Origin: Verrucomicrobiota bacterium
Lineage (GTDB): Bacteria > Verrucomicrobiota > Kiritimatiellia > CAJWTS01
DNA length: 64,000 bases
Assembly (NCBI GenBank): GCA_027623315.1
Contig: JAQBYD010000014.1
Coordinates: 375-64,374, forward strand
Reading direction: 5' to 3'
Below are positions 50,510 to 60,258 of the stretch, one piece after another. Made by a program: the position numbers and the translations under genes. A model generated the notes under the pieces. The model searched no databases. It was not told the origin of the DNA and saw nothing but the letters and a program-made list of their open reading frames with translations. How positions within the stretch are numbered: the first letter of the stretch is position 1; each line of letters begins with the position of its first letter.

Positions 50510-51982
50510 ATGGTCTTCAGTTCGCTATTGTTCCTGTTCTACTTCCTGCCCGTGGTCCTGGCGGTCTACTACATCGCCGTACAGCTGGGGCGCCGCCCGG
50601 CGCACCTGGTGCTGACGCTGCTCAGCTACCTGTTCTATGGCTGGGCCAATCCAGCCTTCGTGGTTCTCATGTTCGGCTCGACCGTGGTGGACTACATCTG
50701 CGGCCTCGTCATGACGGGGCAACTTGGCAGGGGACGGACGTCGGGCCAGATCCCTCTGCTCGAGCCCGGCGGCGCGCGCAGCCGTGGACAACGCGTTGCA
50801 CTGACCGTCTCGATCATCACCAATCTCTCCCTGCTCGGCTTCTTCAAGTACTTCAACTTCGGAATGGATACGTGGAACGCTGTGATGGGTGGCATGGGGT
50901 TGGACAGCGCGGTCTACGACAACTTCCTGAGGATTACGCTGCCGCTCGGGATCAGTTTTTACACCTTCCAGTCTATGAGCTATTCGATTGATGTCTTTCG
51001 CGGCGAAGCGCGTGCAATTCGCAATCCACTCGACTTCTCGTGTTATGTTGCCATGTTCCCTCAGCTCGTCGCGGGGCCGATCATCCGTTTTCAAGAGGTC
51101 GCTGAGCAGTTGCGCGAGCGCACGCACACGGTTGAGAAGTTCGCGCGCGGCACGGCCTTCTTCATGCTGGGGATGTCCAAGAAGGTCCTGCTTGCCGATC
51201 CCTGCGGCAAGATCGCAGACGAATGTTTCGGCGCGGCCGGTCTCTACGCACTGGATGCGTGGGTGGGGGCCGTCGGCTACGCATTCCAGATCTATTTCGA
51301 TTTCAGCGCCTACTCGGACATGGCGATCGGACTGGGCCTGATGTTCGGATTCGTCTTTCCCAAGAATTTCGACTCCCCGTATCGCGCGGCTTCTATCACT
51401 GAGTTCTGGCGCCGCTGGCACCTGTCTCTATCCACATGGCTACGCGACTATCTCTACATTCCACTGGGCGGGAACCGCGGGAGCTCGGGGCGAACCTACG
51501 TGAACCTGATGATGGTCATGCTGCTGGGCGGGCTGTGGCACGGCTCGTCGTGGAACTTCGTGATCTGGGGCGCCATTCACGGTGGGATGCTCGCCGTCGA
51601 ACGGTTGATGGGACGCACCAGTTTCTATGCGCGCTTGCCGCGCCCCGTCTCGGTGTTGATCACCTTCCTGATCGTGTGCATCGCGTGGGTGTTCTTCCGC
51701 GCGCCGACGCTGGGCGATGCCTTCGTCTACCTCGGATCGATGTTTGGTGCCGGAGCGGACCATCCCGCCGCCGCCGCGCTGGCGGCCGGCCAGGCCTTCA
51801 CACCCTATCATCTCTTCACGCTCGGCCTTGCGGGCGTCCTGGTCTGGGCCGGGCCGCAGACATGGGATTTCACACGCAACTTGACGTGGCCGAAGACCGC
51901 CGCCGTGATTGTGTGCTTTACGATCGCGCTGATCTTGTTGGCGGCGACGTCCTTTCACCCATTCATCTATTTCATATTCTGA
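50510..51982 (+). CDS. MBOAT family membrane-bound O-acyltransferase (AlgI/DltB/PatA-like)
   Basis: 490 aa polytopic protein; conserved His-containing block WRRWHLSLSTWLRDYLYIPLGG and AlgI-like N-terminus. Confidence 0.85.
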   Translation: MVFSSLLFLFYFLPVVLAVYYIAVQLGRRPAHLVLTLLSYLFYGWANPAFVVLMFGSTVVDYICGLVMTGQLGRGRTSGQIPLLEPGGARSRGQRVALTVSIITNLSLLGFFKYFNFGMDTWNAVMGGMGLDSAVYDNFLRITLPLGISFYTFQSMSYSIDVFRGEARAIRNPLDFSCYVAMFPQLVAGPIIRFQEVAEQLRERTHTVEKFARGTAFFMLGMSKKVLLADPCGKIADECFGAAGLYALDAWVGAVGYAFQIYFDFSAYSDMAIGLGLMFGFVFPKNFDSPYRAASITEFWRRWHLSLSTWLRDYLYIPLGGNRGSSGRTYVNLMMVMLLGGLWHGSSWNFVIWGAIHGGMLAVERLMGRTSFYARLPRPVSVLITFLIVCIAWVFFRAPTLGDAFVYLGSMFGAGADHPAAAALAAGQAFTPYHLFTLGLAGVLVWAGPQTWDFTRNLTWPKTAAVIVCFTIALILLAATSFHPFIYFIF

Positions 51983-51986
51983 GCCC

Positions 51987-54872
51987 ATGAACGAAGCGAA
52001 ACGCATCACCCCGCGTCCCGTGCGCGAAGAGCAAGCCTGGCAGGAGGTCGGCCACACGGAGTTTTCTCCCGGCGTGGCGGTCGCGCTGATCGTGATCTTT
52101 CTCGGGATCATATTGCTGGGGCCCCTGGTCCAGGCGCTGATTCCACGCTCCACCTTCAACGCACTGCTCGGGGGGCCGCGTAGCGAAGTGGATCCGGTCG
52201 ATCCGTCAGATCGTCCCGATGCTCGCAAGGTGAGCGCGACGGTCGTTGCGGTCTCCGCTCGGCCGCGCCGCGATGCGGTCTATCGCGATTTCGTGATGCG
52301 CCTGCACGTGGAGAACCTGCAGGACGAGTCGGGCACGCTTCTCGAGCCAGAGGCGATCCTGGGAGTGCTCGGCATGCGCGACCGCGTTATTCAGGCGGCG
52401 GCCGGGATCCAGGCCGGGACTCAAATTGAAGCCACTATTCAGCCATGGTCCGTCGTGGCCGGCCGTGTCGACGGCATGAACGCCTCGTCATTGGAGGGCG
52501 ACCGCTTTCTCCTGATGAACCAATGGTGGGCGGCTTCTCTGACGGCGCCCGGCGCGAACCTGCTGCCCGGCGCAATGGATTTTTCCGGCATCTGGTGCGG
52601 ACGCGGCAACGAACTCCCGGACGACGCCCGCATCGGCGTCTTGCGCGGAATGCGACGGGCCTGGAGTCAAGGTGCCGGGTTCCTCGACGCATTCCTCGCG
52701 GCGAACGCGCATCTCGCCCGCCGGATCCGCCTCTACGAGACTGCACTGGACGACGAGGCCGTGCTGGCGCTGGTGTTAAGGCGGCATGTGCAGGCTGTGC
52801 TGGCGTCCGTGGGCGTCGGGAACGAGAAGGCAATCGTCGGCAGGGATGGCTGGCTCTTCTTTGTGCCGGGCGTGCACGGCATCACGGGGCGCGGCTTTCT
52901 CGATCCGATGCAACTCCGCGATCGCGTGCGCGGAGGCGATGCGTTGAAAGCGCCGCCGCGACCGGATCCACGTCTCGCGATTCTTGGCCTTCGCGACCAA
53001 CTGGCCGAGCGCGGCATCGAATTGGTGATCATGCCGACCCCGGTCAAACCATCCATTCATGCGGGCAAGATAGCAACGCGTCTGGCGAGTCATTCGAAGC
53101 CGTTGCGCAATCGCTCGTTCGACGCCTGCGTGGACGAATTGCGCGCCGCCGGGGTGCGGGTCTTTGATCCTGCGCCCTTGATCATGGCGCGAAAGAAGCA
53201 GGGCGTGCAGTATCTCGCGACGGACACGCACTGGCGTCCCGAAGCAATGCAGGCGGTTGCCGAAGCGCTCGCCGACGAAGTGGCCCCGCTGCTCGCCGAA
53301 CGAGTGCCGACGCGGTGGTCTACGGAGGAGGCAACGCACCGGCAGCTTGGCGATATCGCGACGATGCTGGACATGGCAGCGTGGCAGACCGCCGTGGATC
53401 CCGAGACCGTGACCGTCAAGCGCGTTGTCGATGCCGACGGTGAGGCGTGGCGTCCGAGTTCGGACAGCGAGGTGCTGCTACTGGGTGACAGCTTTTCGAA
53501 TATCTATAGCCTCGAAGGCATGGGGTGGGGCGGGGCATCCGGCCTCGCTGAGCATCTCTCGCTCGCGCTGCAGCGCCCGCTCGATCGGCTGTGCCGCAAT
53601 GACGCCGGCGCCCACACGTCACGCGGCATGTTGGCCCAGGCCCTGCTGAAGGATCCTCATTTTCTCGATGGCAAGCGCGTCGTCGTGTGGCAATTCGCCG
53701 AGCGCGAACTGTCCGTGGGGGATTGGAAGGCGATTGAGCTCGCGGCGGCTCACCGGGGGGAGACAGTGCGTGATTCTGAAGCGAACGGTGAATCGCGCCC
53801 GGCTCGCGGGGACGCTCGCCCTCCATCAGGACCGGCGGAAGTCTCTTCCGGACCTGGAGGGCGAGCGTCCCCGCGAGCCGGTTCAGAGGGCGCGTCTATC
53901 GCCGAAAACGTACGGGCCCGGTTCCGCGCGCTGGTTGAACAGGCCGAGGCAACCGACGCGGTTGCCGCCCAGGGCAAAGATGACTGGATCTTCCTGGTGT
54001 CCGAATTGCGGCACATGGCGAGCCGTCCGGCGGCCGAAGCGGTGCCCGACGATCCGGGTGCCGATCCTTTCTCCGCTCTTGTCGATCTGCATGTGAAGTT
54101 ACGGGAACTCGATGTCCAACTGATTCTGCTCCCGGTTCCGCCACGCGCTGCGATCTATGCCGACAAGCTGCTCGACGACGTGCCGCGCGACGCGAACGGC
54201 CAGGTTGGGCGCGTTGACACCGGGCTCAAGGCGTTCTACGAAGCACTGCAGAGAGAAGGCGTCCAGGTCCTCGATCTCACCGACTCGTTTCTGGCCGCAC
54301 GCGCTCGCGACGATGAGCTCGGCCCCGTCTGCTGCGAGCAGGATACGCATTGGTCTCCGCGCGGCATACGCATCGCTGCCGAGGCGGTGGCGGCGATCAT
54401 TGCGGAGATGGACTGGTCGAGTCAGTTGGTGCCGGCGAATTTGCATCGCGGGGAGCAAACCCGGTTGGAGTACGTAGGCGATCTTGTCGATCGCATCGCC
54501 GGGCACGCTGAGACGACAAGTCTTGCTTCCATCGCGCGCGTCGTCGCGTCGAAGGATTCGCACGATGCCGTTGCCTCGGACAGCGAGAGTCCGATCATCC
54601 TGCTCGCAGACAGCCACGGCCTCGTCTTCTCATCCGGGGGCGAGATGCACTGCACCGGGGCGGGACTTGCGGAGCAGATCGCATTCGAACTGGACACAAC
54701 ACTCGACGTCATGGCGCGCCGTGGGTCCGGGGACTCGGTGCGCCGCGACCTCGCGCGCCGCTTTCTGCGGAACCCGGATCTCCCGGCGACCAAGCGACTC
54801 GTGATCTACTGCTTCGCCGCACGCACGTTCACGGAATCGACCGGTTGGAAGCCCGTCCCTCTGCAGCGGTAG
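51987..54872 (+). CDS. Tandem AlgJ/AlgX-like (SGNH-type) O-acetyltransferase domains in a single 961-aa protein with N-terminal signal anchor
   Basis: Two copies of the AlgX/AlgJ signature: DGWLFFVP...LATDTHWRPEA...GDSFS and DDWIFLVS...EQDTHWSPRG...LLADSHG; linker between them encoded by the palindromic element at 53801..53879. Confidence 0.7.
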   Translation: MNEAKRITPRPVREEQAWQEVGHTEFSPGVAVALIVIFLGIILLGPLVQALIPRSTFNALLGGPRSEVDPVDPSDRPDARKVSATVVAVSARPRRDAVYRDFVMRLHVENLQDESGTLLEPEAILGVLGMRDRVIQAAAGIQAGTQIEATIQPWSVVAGRVDGMNASSLEGDRFLLMNQWWAASLTAPGANLLPGAMDFSGIWCGRGNELPDDARIGVLRGMRRAWSQGAGFLDAFLAANAHLARRIRLYETALDDEAVLALVLRRHVQAVLASVGVGNEKAIVGRDGWLFFVPGVHGITGRGFLDPMQLRDRVRGGDALKAPPRPDPRLAILGLRDQLAERGIELVIMPTPVKPSIHAGKIATRLASHSKPLRNRSFDACVDELRAAGVRVFDPAPLIMARKKQGVQYLATDTHWRPEAMQAVAEALADEVAPLLAERVPTRWSTEEATHRQLGDIATMLDMAAWQTAVDPETVTVKRVVDADGEAWRPSSDSEVLLLGDSFSNIYSLEGMGWGGASGLAEHLSLALQRPLDRLCRNDAGAHTSRGMLAQALLKDPHFLDGKRVVVWQFAERELSVGDWKAIELAAAHRGETVRDSEANGESRPARGDARPPSGPAEVSSGPGGRASPRAGSEGASIAENVRARFRALVEQAEATDAVAAQGKDDWIFLVSELRHMASRPAAEAVPDDPGADPFSALVDLHVKLRELDVQLILLPVPPRAAIYADKLLDDVPRDANGQVGRVDTGLKAFYEALQREGVQVLDLTDSFLAARARDDELGPVCCEQDTHWSPRGIRIAAEAVAAIIAEMDWSSQLVPANLHRGEQTRLEYVGDLVDRIAGHAETTSLASIARVVASKDSHDAVASDSESPIILLADSHGLVFSSGGEMHCTGAGLAEQIAFELDTTLDVMARRGSGDSVRRDLARRFLRNPDLPATKRLVIYCFAARTFTESTGWKPVPLQR
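53801..53879. repeat. GC-rich palindromic element, copy 2, located in-frame inside CDS 51987..54872
   Basis: ggctcgcggggacgctcgccctccat - caggaccggcggaagtctcttccggacc - tggagggcgagcgtccccgcgagcc; translated on + strand as SRPARGDARPPSGPAEVSSGPGGRASPRAGSEG. Confidence 0.6.
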
Positions 54873-55038
54873 AGGTCTGTAGTCTGGTGCGCTAGTCCCA
54901 AATCCAGCGAACGCGGATGTCCAAAGGGGCCTCGCCGCGGCGGAGAAACGGAAAGTGGTAGCATATCGCAGGAACCCGGACTTGAGTCTTGGAATTGTTC
55001 TATCTTGATATTGCACACGTCGCGCCGATTACCGCAAT

Positions 55039-55791
55039 ATGGGTTCCTTGAACGGGGAGAAGCAAAACGTACTCGTGACCGGCTCGGCGGGGGTGATCGG
55101 CAGGGCGGCATGCCGTGCGCTGAAGGACCGCGGCCACTCGGTGATCGGGTTTGATCTGCGTGAGACGCCGGGTGTGGACCAGGCCGTGGTGGGTAACCTC
55201 ACTGATCGCGCCGCGTTGGATCGCGCCATGTCGGGCGTGACGTCGGTGATCCACCTCGGCGCAATCCCCACCGACGCGGACTTTGTCGAGAAACTGGTGC
55301 CGAACAATGTGGTCGCTGTTCATGAAGTTTTCGAAGCCGCCGTACGGGCCGGAGTGCGGCGGGTCGTCTTCGCCAGCAGCGGCCAGGTCGTGGGCGGGCA
55401 CGTTCGAGAGGGTGTCTCGATTCGCCTTGAGGACGGCCCGGCGCCGGTCAATCACTACGGGCTTCTCAAGCTGTGGGGCGAGCAACTTGGGGCGATGATG
55501 TGGCGAAACCACGGGTTGTCGTTTATCGGTGTGCGAATCGGGTTCTGTCCGCGTACAGCAGAGGAGGTGAAGTCGATTGAGGACAGTGAGGTCTGCCGGG
55601 CCATGTATCTAAGTCACCGCGATGCGGGCCGCTTCCTGGTTTGCGCCGTGGAGGCGGACTCTATTGAATGCGAGATTCTGTTCGCGACCAGCCGCAGCCC
55701 CGGTACACCGCTTTTCGACCCGGAGCCGGCGCGGCGGCTGATCGGCTACGAGCCTGTGGATCTGTTCCCGGACGGTTGCGGGACGATCTGA
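55039..55791 (+). CDS. NAD-dependent epimerase/dehydratase family protein (short, 250 aa)
   Basis: VLVTGSAGVIGRAACRAL Rossmann motif, YGLLK (YxxxK) catalytic motif. Confidence 0.7.
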   Translation: MGSLNGEKQNVLVTGSAGVIGRAACRALKDRGHSVIGFDLRETPGVDQAVVGNLTDRAALDRAMSGVTSVIHLGAIPTDADFVEKLVPNNVVAVHEVFEAAVRAGVRRVVFASSGQVVGGHVREGVSIRLEDGPAPVNHYGLLKLWGEQLGAMMWRNHGLSFIGVRIGFCPRTAEEVKSIEDSEVCRAMYLSHRDAGRFLVCAVEADSIECEILFATSRSPGTPLFDPEPARRLIGYEPVDLFPDGCGTI

Positions 55792-56391
55792 GTGGATGAG
55801 CAGTGTAATGCCAACACGAGGCGCGCTGGGAGAAGAGCGACCTGCCTGTAACACAGCGGCAAACTCAATGCGCTTACCGTAGAGCGGCCGCGGCGTAATG
55901 TCGCCCTGTTCCTCAACGAAGCGAAGCACGAGGGGGTCCGTGTCGTTCGACGTACCGCCCGCCTGGCCGCGCGGTAACTGGTAGCTTCGCCGATTGGGAC
56001 AGCAAGCAGCGGGAACCGTGGAGGTCAACGACGCCGTGTCGCTGCGGCTTCCCGGTCTCTCGATCTATGCACTGATTGGCCCGACCCCCTGATAAGGTGG
56101 TTTAGGATGAAATCCCGCGCGAAGCGCTCTGGAGTGCGCTGACCCGGCAGCGCTCGCATTTCGCCGTGCCTGGTGCTATCCGTGAACGCAGAGCGGCGTC
56201 CCATGCTTCGCGCTGCGCTTGCTTCGCAGGGCACGGCAGGCCGCCGCACCCCAAAGCATGCTGGCGCATGCAGATGGTCTCCTATCTTAGCGCCATTGGG
56301 GCCAGTCATTAGGTTACGCGCTAAGAATCTTGTGCTCCCGTATCTGGTTTATGGTATGCCGCGCGTAGATAATATGATTTGCTCTTGAACC

Positions 56392-57786
56392 GTGAATTTC
56401 CGGATTCTGTCATTGCTTGCGTTGTTGTTTGCCTGGTCAAGCGCGCCGTCTCACGCCGCGACGCACCTCGACAAGGCTGAACTTCAATACCTTGAGAAGG
56501 TCCTGGATGGGTTGAAAGCAGGAAACTCGTCCGACCCTGAGGCCGTGGAACGTCTGAGCGGGGCCGATTTCGATTGCCTCGTCGCGACGGAGCGTAGCTA
56601 TGTCGAACTGGAGGGCGAACCGCCGCATCAAACTCATCTTGCCTTCCAAATCCTTTTGGAGAGATTGAGTCGATGGACCCTGAACCCTCGCTCGCTCGCG
56701 CAGATGTACTCTGGGCCGGGGCGGCTGTGGACGTCTCTATCAGTCCAAGCCAATCCGCTGGCCCAACCCCTCTTTGAGCAGCTTTTGCGCGGGAATCAGC
56801 CGCGACTTTCGCATGATCTATGCGTCCGGCTCACCCCCTCGTGCTCGCTTGCGTTCATCCGCGAAAGCCTTGCAAGCGCCGACGTAGACTCGGCGCATCT
56901 CGAGGGTCTGCTGGCCGCATGGAATCGCCGGCTCAGCACCGGCGCGGAGTCGCGTGACTTGCCGGGCCTCGCCGGGGTTCTCGAAGATATCGCCGCTGCC
57001 TTCGACCCCGCCGAACCACCGCGGCTCCTGGCCGAACACCTGGGTTTTCTCGGGCGATGGAAGGTGCTTGAGGAGCACTATCGTGAATCGTTGCAGCAAT
57101 GCCTTGCCGCGGATTCCGCCGAACGCGTCCTCGTCGGTTTGAACGTCCAAGAAGATTGTCCGGCCCTTCTGCGTTTGAACGGGGGGCTGCTGCTCCGATT
57201 TCCGGATCACGAGACACTCGCCAGCGCGGCCATCAGGAACTTCGGATACGACTCGTCGCAGGACTATTCGTCCACGCTGCGTGCGATATGGGCTCTCATC
57301 GGGGATCAACAACTGAAGCGGAAATTCTACTGCCTCTACGCGATGGGCGTCCATTCCGCCGGGAACGCCGACATCGCGCTCACGGCGATTAGGAGCGGGG
57401 AGTCTTCTTTCTTCGAGCCCGGTCTGCAGATCCTGAGCTCCGCTTCGGAGGAACAGCTTTCAGAAGGAATTCAATTCATACTGAATAGCGATCAGGGTGG
57501 ATTGGAAGGCGCACTACGACTGGCCCACGAGCATCGCATCGGCGGGTTCGAGAATAGGGCGGTCGCGATATTCCAGGCCGCGCCCGACCAGATCGTTAAA
57601 CAGGCAGCCCTGCACTACCTGCAGATGGCCCCGGGGTCCATCCGTGTCGATCTTCTGGACGCCTTGAAAGACCCCAACGACGACATTCGATTGGCCGCGA
57701 TTCAGCTCTACGACGATCCGCGCGGAATGAACGCACGTCAGCGCCAGAAGGTCGGCGTGGCGTTAACCCGCGTATATATACCTTAA
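56392..57786 (+). CDS. Secreted hypothetical protein with HEAT/PBS-lyase-like repeats
   Basis: Signal peptide LLALLFAWSSAPSHA; C-terminal repeats of type DALKDPNDDIRLAAIQ. Confidence 0.45.
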   Translation: MNFRILSLLALLFAWSSAPSHAATHLDKAELQYLEKVLDGLKAGNSSDPEAVERLSGADFDCLVATERSYVELEGEPPHQTHLAFQILLERLSRWTLNPRSLAQMYSGPGRLWTSLSVQANPLAQPLFEQLLRGNQPRLSHDLCVRLTPSCSLAFIRESLASADVDSAHLEGLLAAWNRRLSTGAESRDLPGLAGVLEDIAAAFDPAEPPRLLAEHLGFLGRWKVLEEHYRESLQQCLAADSAERVLVGLNVQEDCPALLRLNGGLLLRFPDHETLASAAIRNFGYDSSQDYSSTLRAIWALIGDQQLKRKFYCLYAMGVHSAGNADIALTAIRSGESSFFEPGLQILSSASEEQLSEGIQFILNSDQGGLEGALRLAHEHRIGGFENRAVAIFQAAPDQIVKQAALHYLQMAPGSIRVDLLDALKDPNDDIRLAAIQLYDDPRGMNARQRQKVGVALTRVYIP

Positions 57787-57817
57787 CGAGTCCTCCCCCG
57801 GCCATCGCCAGGAAGCC

Positions 57818-58285
57818 TTGTTCACGCTCGCCGGGTGGAAGGATAAAGCGTGTCGGAGCCTGTTCCGGCAGGTGACCGCAGAGATTCCTTCCTGGCCCGC
57901 GCCGCAACTGGTCAACGACGATCAATATTGGAACTACCGCTTCCGGCTTGTGGCGCTGTTGGGTTCGGCGGCGCTAGGTGACGACGACGCGCAAAATCAA
58001 CTTCTTGCGTTCTACCAGAACGGGGGTCCGCAGGAGCGCATGGATGCCCTGCTTGCCTTTACCGAACTCGGGACGGTGCCTGACGGGGCATTCCGCGACC
58101 TGTTCTCGGAGGAACTTCCCATCGCTGCGACGGCGGCCAATCTTATCGCCACCCACGGTCTACCGGGAGATCGGCAGAAGATGCGGCAGCTTTTTCAGGG
58201 GTCTCCCTACTGGCAGGAGCTCCGCGCATCCGGCCTGAATGATCATGGCCTCTTCCATTACCTGAAACTGGACGATCGGGAGTAA
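57818..58285 (+). CDS. Hypothetical protein, possibly the frameshifted continuation of the upstream HEAT-like gene
   Basis: TTG start only; similar alpha-helical repeat character (ERMDALLAFTELG); different frame from 56392..57786. Confidence 0.3.
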   Translation: MFTLAGWKDKACRSLFRQVTAEIPSWPAPQLVNDDQYWNYRFRLVALLGSAALGDDDAQNQLLAFYQNGGPQERMDALLAFTELGTVPDGAFRDLFSEELPIAATAANLIATHGLPGDRQKMRQLFQGSPYWQELRASGLNDHGLFHYLKLDDRE

Positions 58286-58289
58286 GCCA

Positions 58290-58832
58290 ATGCGGATTTC
58301 TGCTACCCTGAAAGTGTTCAACATCCTCGTCGTGGCCGGTCTCCTCATGACCGCGCCCTCTTCACCGGCGCATGAAACGGAGTTTGGGCATTCGGTACGG
58401 ACCCTGTATCTCACGAGCGCACCCGGTCAGATCCTGATCGAATATCGACTACACTTGAGCCCGGAAGAGGCGCTGGCCGAAATGGCCCGTATGGATTTGG
58501 ACGAGAACGGTTCAATCTCGGCCGAGGAGCGGGCGGCATGGTTTCTTCAGAAGGGGACGCGACTCAGGTCCGGCATGAAAGCCCATCGAGATGGCCGATC
58601 TCTAGAACTTCAAATCAGGACCTTCAAGCTGGGGCACAGCCTGACCCAGTCGTTTACTTACGCCATCGAAAGCGAATCGAGGACGCTGACGTTCGAAGAT
58701 TCGAATCTCGCCCACCGTCCCGGAGTCGTGAGGGTGGTGCACGGACCGGATCTCCAGGTGACCGTGCTGGAGAATGGGCCACTGAATCACGCCGGATTCA
58801 TCGCCGTAGAAATTGCACCCCGGAAACCGTAG
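58290..58832 (+). CDS. Secreted EF-hand-containing protein
   Basis: Signal peptide; canonical 12-residue EF-hand loop DLDENGSISAEE. Confidence 0.5.
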   Translation: MRISATLKVFNILVVAGLLMTAPSSPAHETEFGHSVRTLYLTSAPGQILIEYRLHLSPEEALAEMARMDLDENGSISAEERAAWFLQKGTRLRSGMKAHRDGRSLELQIRTFKLGHSLTQSFTYAIESESRTLTFEDSNLAHRPGVVRVVHGPDLQVTVLENGPLNHAGFIAVEIAPRKP

Positions 58833-58888
58833 CGGCACGCGGACAAGAGACCGGAGTGTATGCGCGAGAAATTTCGGATTCTAACCCC

Positions 58889-58949
58889 GGTCTCTCCGCT
58901 CTGGAAATTCGTGTGGATTCGCGTGATTCGCGGGCACGAAATCTGGTGA
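58889..58949. repeat. Partial (half-site) copy of the 24.7-kb palindromic repeat family
   Basis: tctctccgctctggaaattcgtgtggattcgcgtgattcgcggg matches the right arm ctctgtctgcattcgcgtggattcgcgtgattcgtggg. Confidence 0.4.
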
Positions 58950-58958
58950 AGTTTCACC

Positions 58959-60239
58959 TCAATGCGCGATATCCGACTGGCAGGGATCGTAGGGCGGGTG
59001 GGGGGCGTTGGGGATGCGCATGCCGCCGCCGAGGCGCAGCGATGGAACGTCGTGGCAGTCGAAGCGGATGACCGGGCAAAGGGGATCGGGCGAGTCGTCA
59101 GGCAGTCCGCTGACCGTGACTTTGCCGTCGGCTTGCGTGAAATCACAGGCGCGCCGTCCACCAGCGGTTATCAGCGTCACGTTCTCGACGGTTGTATTCA
59201 AGCCCGCGACCACTAGCGTCGTTCCTGCCCAGTTGCTCACCAGCTGGTAGAGCGACTTGCCCTCCAATGTCAGGAGTCCGTTGTTGTTCCAGTCGGCGTT
59301 GTGCTCGTCGCGGCGCTCCATCAGGTCGTGCGTAAAAGAATCGGTATCGTAGATGCATTCGCCGGCGTACTGCAGCCAACGCCCCACCGCTTCAATAACC
59401 TCGACGGATGGCTCCGGGATCGACCCGTCGCCGCGCGGGCCGATGTTGAGCAGCAGGTTGCCGCGCCCGGAGGCCGCCGCGGCCAGTAGAGATATCACCG
59501 TTCGCGGGCTCTTCCAGTCGTGGTCGCCGCGATGGTAGCCCCAGTTGTTGTTGAGGGTCATGCATGCCTCCCAGGGCCGCCAGGGCGAGGGGGCGGCCAT
59601 GTGCCCCTCCGGCGTGCCGAAGTCGCCGGGCAGACCGTTGCGACCGTTAAAGATGATGTGCGGCTGGATCTCCCGCACCATCGCGTTCACCTGCTCGCCT
59701 TTCCAGCGCTCGGCATTGAAGGGCCACCAGCCGTCGTACCAGAGACAGTCGATCGGGTCGAAGCGGGTGACCAGTTCACGCACACGATCCATGGTGGCGA
59801 CGATGAATGTCTCGTAGGCATCCTCGCTCTCCAGTGCGTCGCACGAATTGGGTTGATCGGTCCAATTGTTGAGGCTGTGGTAGAGCCCGATTTTGAGGCC
59901 ACGCGCACGTGCGGCCTCGAGGAGTTCGGCCACCAAGTCACGCCCGCAGACCGCCATCGAATTGAAATCCGACAGCTCGGTGTCGTAGAGCCGGAAGCCA
60001 TCGTGGTGCATCGTCGTGAGATTGACGTAGCGCATGCCGCCGGCCACGGCCAGGTCACAGATTCGCTCCGCATCGAAGTTCTCCGCCGTGAACCGTTTCG
60101 CCAGCGCGCGCATCTCATCGACCGTCATCCGCTCGCGGTTCATTACCCATTCCCCGCGCTCTAGCAGGCTGAAGATGCCGTAGTGGATAAACAAGCCGTA
60201 GCGCGCGCGAGAGAACCAGTGGTCGGAATCGATGTTCAT
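58959..60239 (-). CDS. Alpha-L-fucosidase, glycoside hydrolase family 29
   Basis: ARYGLFIHYG, MHHDGFRLYDT, WYDGWWP, LNIGPRGDGSIP motifs of GH29. Confidence 0.85.
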   Translation of the reverse strand: MNIDSDHWFSRARYGLFIHYGIFSLLERGEWVMNRERMTVDEMRALAKRFTAENFDAERICDLAVAGGMRYVNLTTMHHDGFRLYDTELSDFNSMAVCGRDLVAELLEAARARGLKIGLYHSLNNWTDQPNSCDALESEDAYETFIVATMDRVRELVTRFDPIDCLWYDGWWPFNAERWKGEQVNAMVREIQPHIIFNGRNGLPGDFGTPEGHMAAPSPWRPWEACMTLNNNWGYHRGDHDWKSPRTVISLLAAAASGRGNLLLNIGPRGDGSIPEPSVEVIEAVGRWLQYAGECIYDTDSFTHDLMERRDEHNADWNNNGLLTLEGKSLYQLVSNWAGTTLVVAGLNTTVENVTLITAGGRRACDFTQADGKVTVSGLPDDSPDPLCPVIRFDCHDVPSLRLGGGMRIPNAPHPPYDPCQSDIAH

Positions 60240-60258
60240 GATGTGCAGTGCCTTTCGT

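Noticed and set aside
53416-54096. ORFs 53416..53826 (-) and 53668..54096 (+) beginning or containing MEGERPRE/LEGERPRE
   Set aside because: Their starts are created by the palindromic repeat arms and they lie antisense to or out of frame within the AlgJ/X-like gene.
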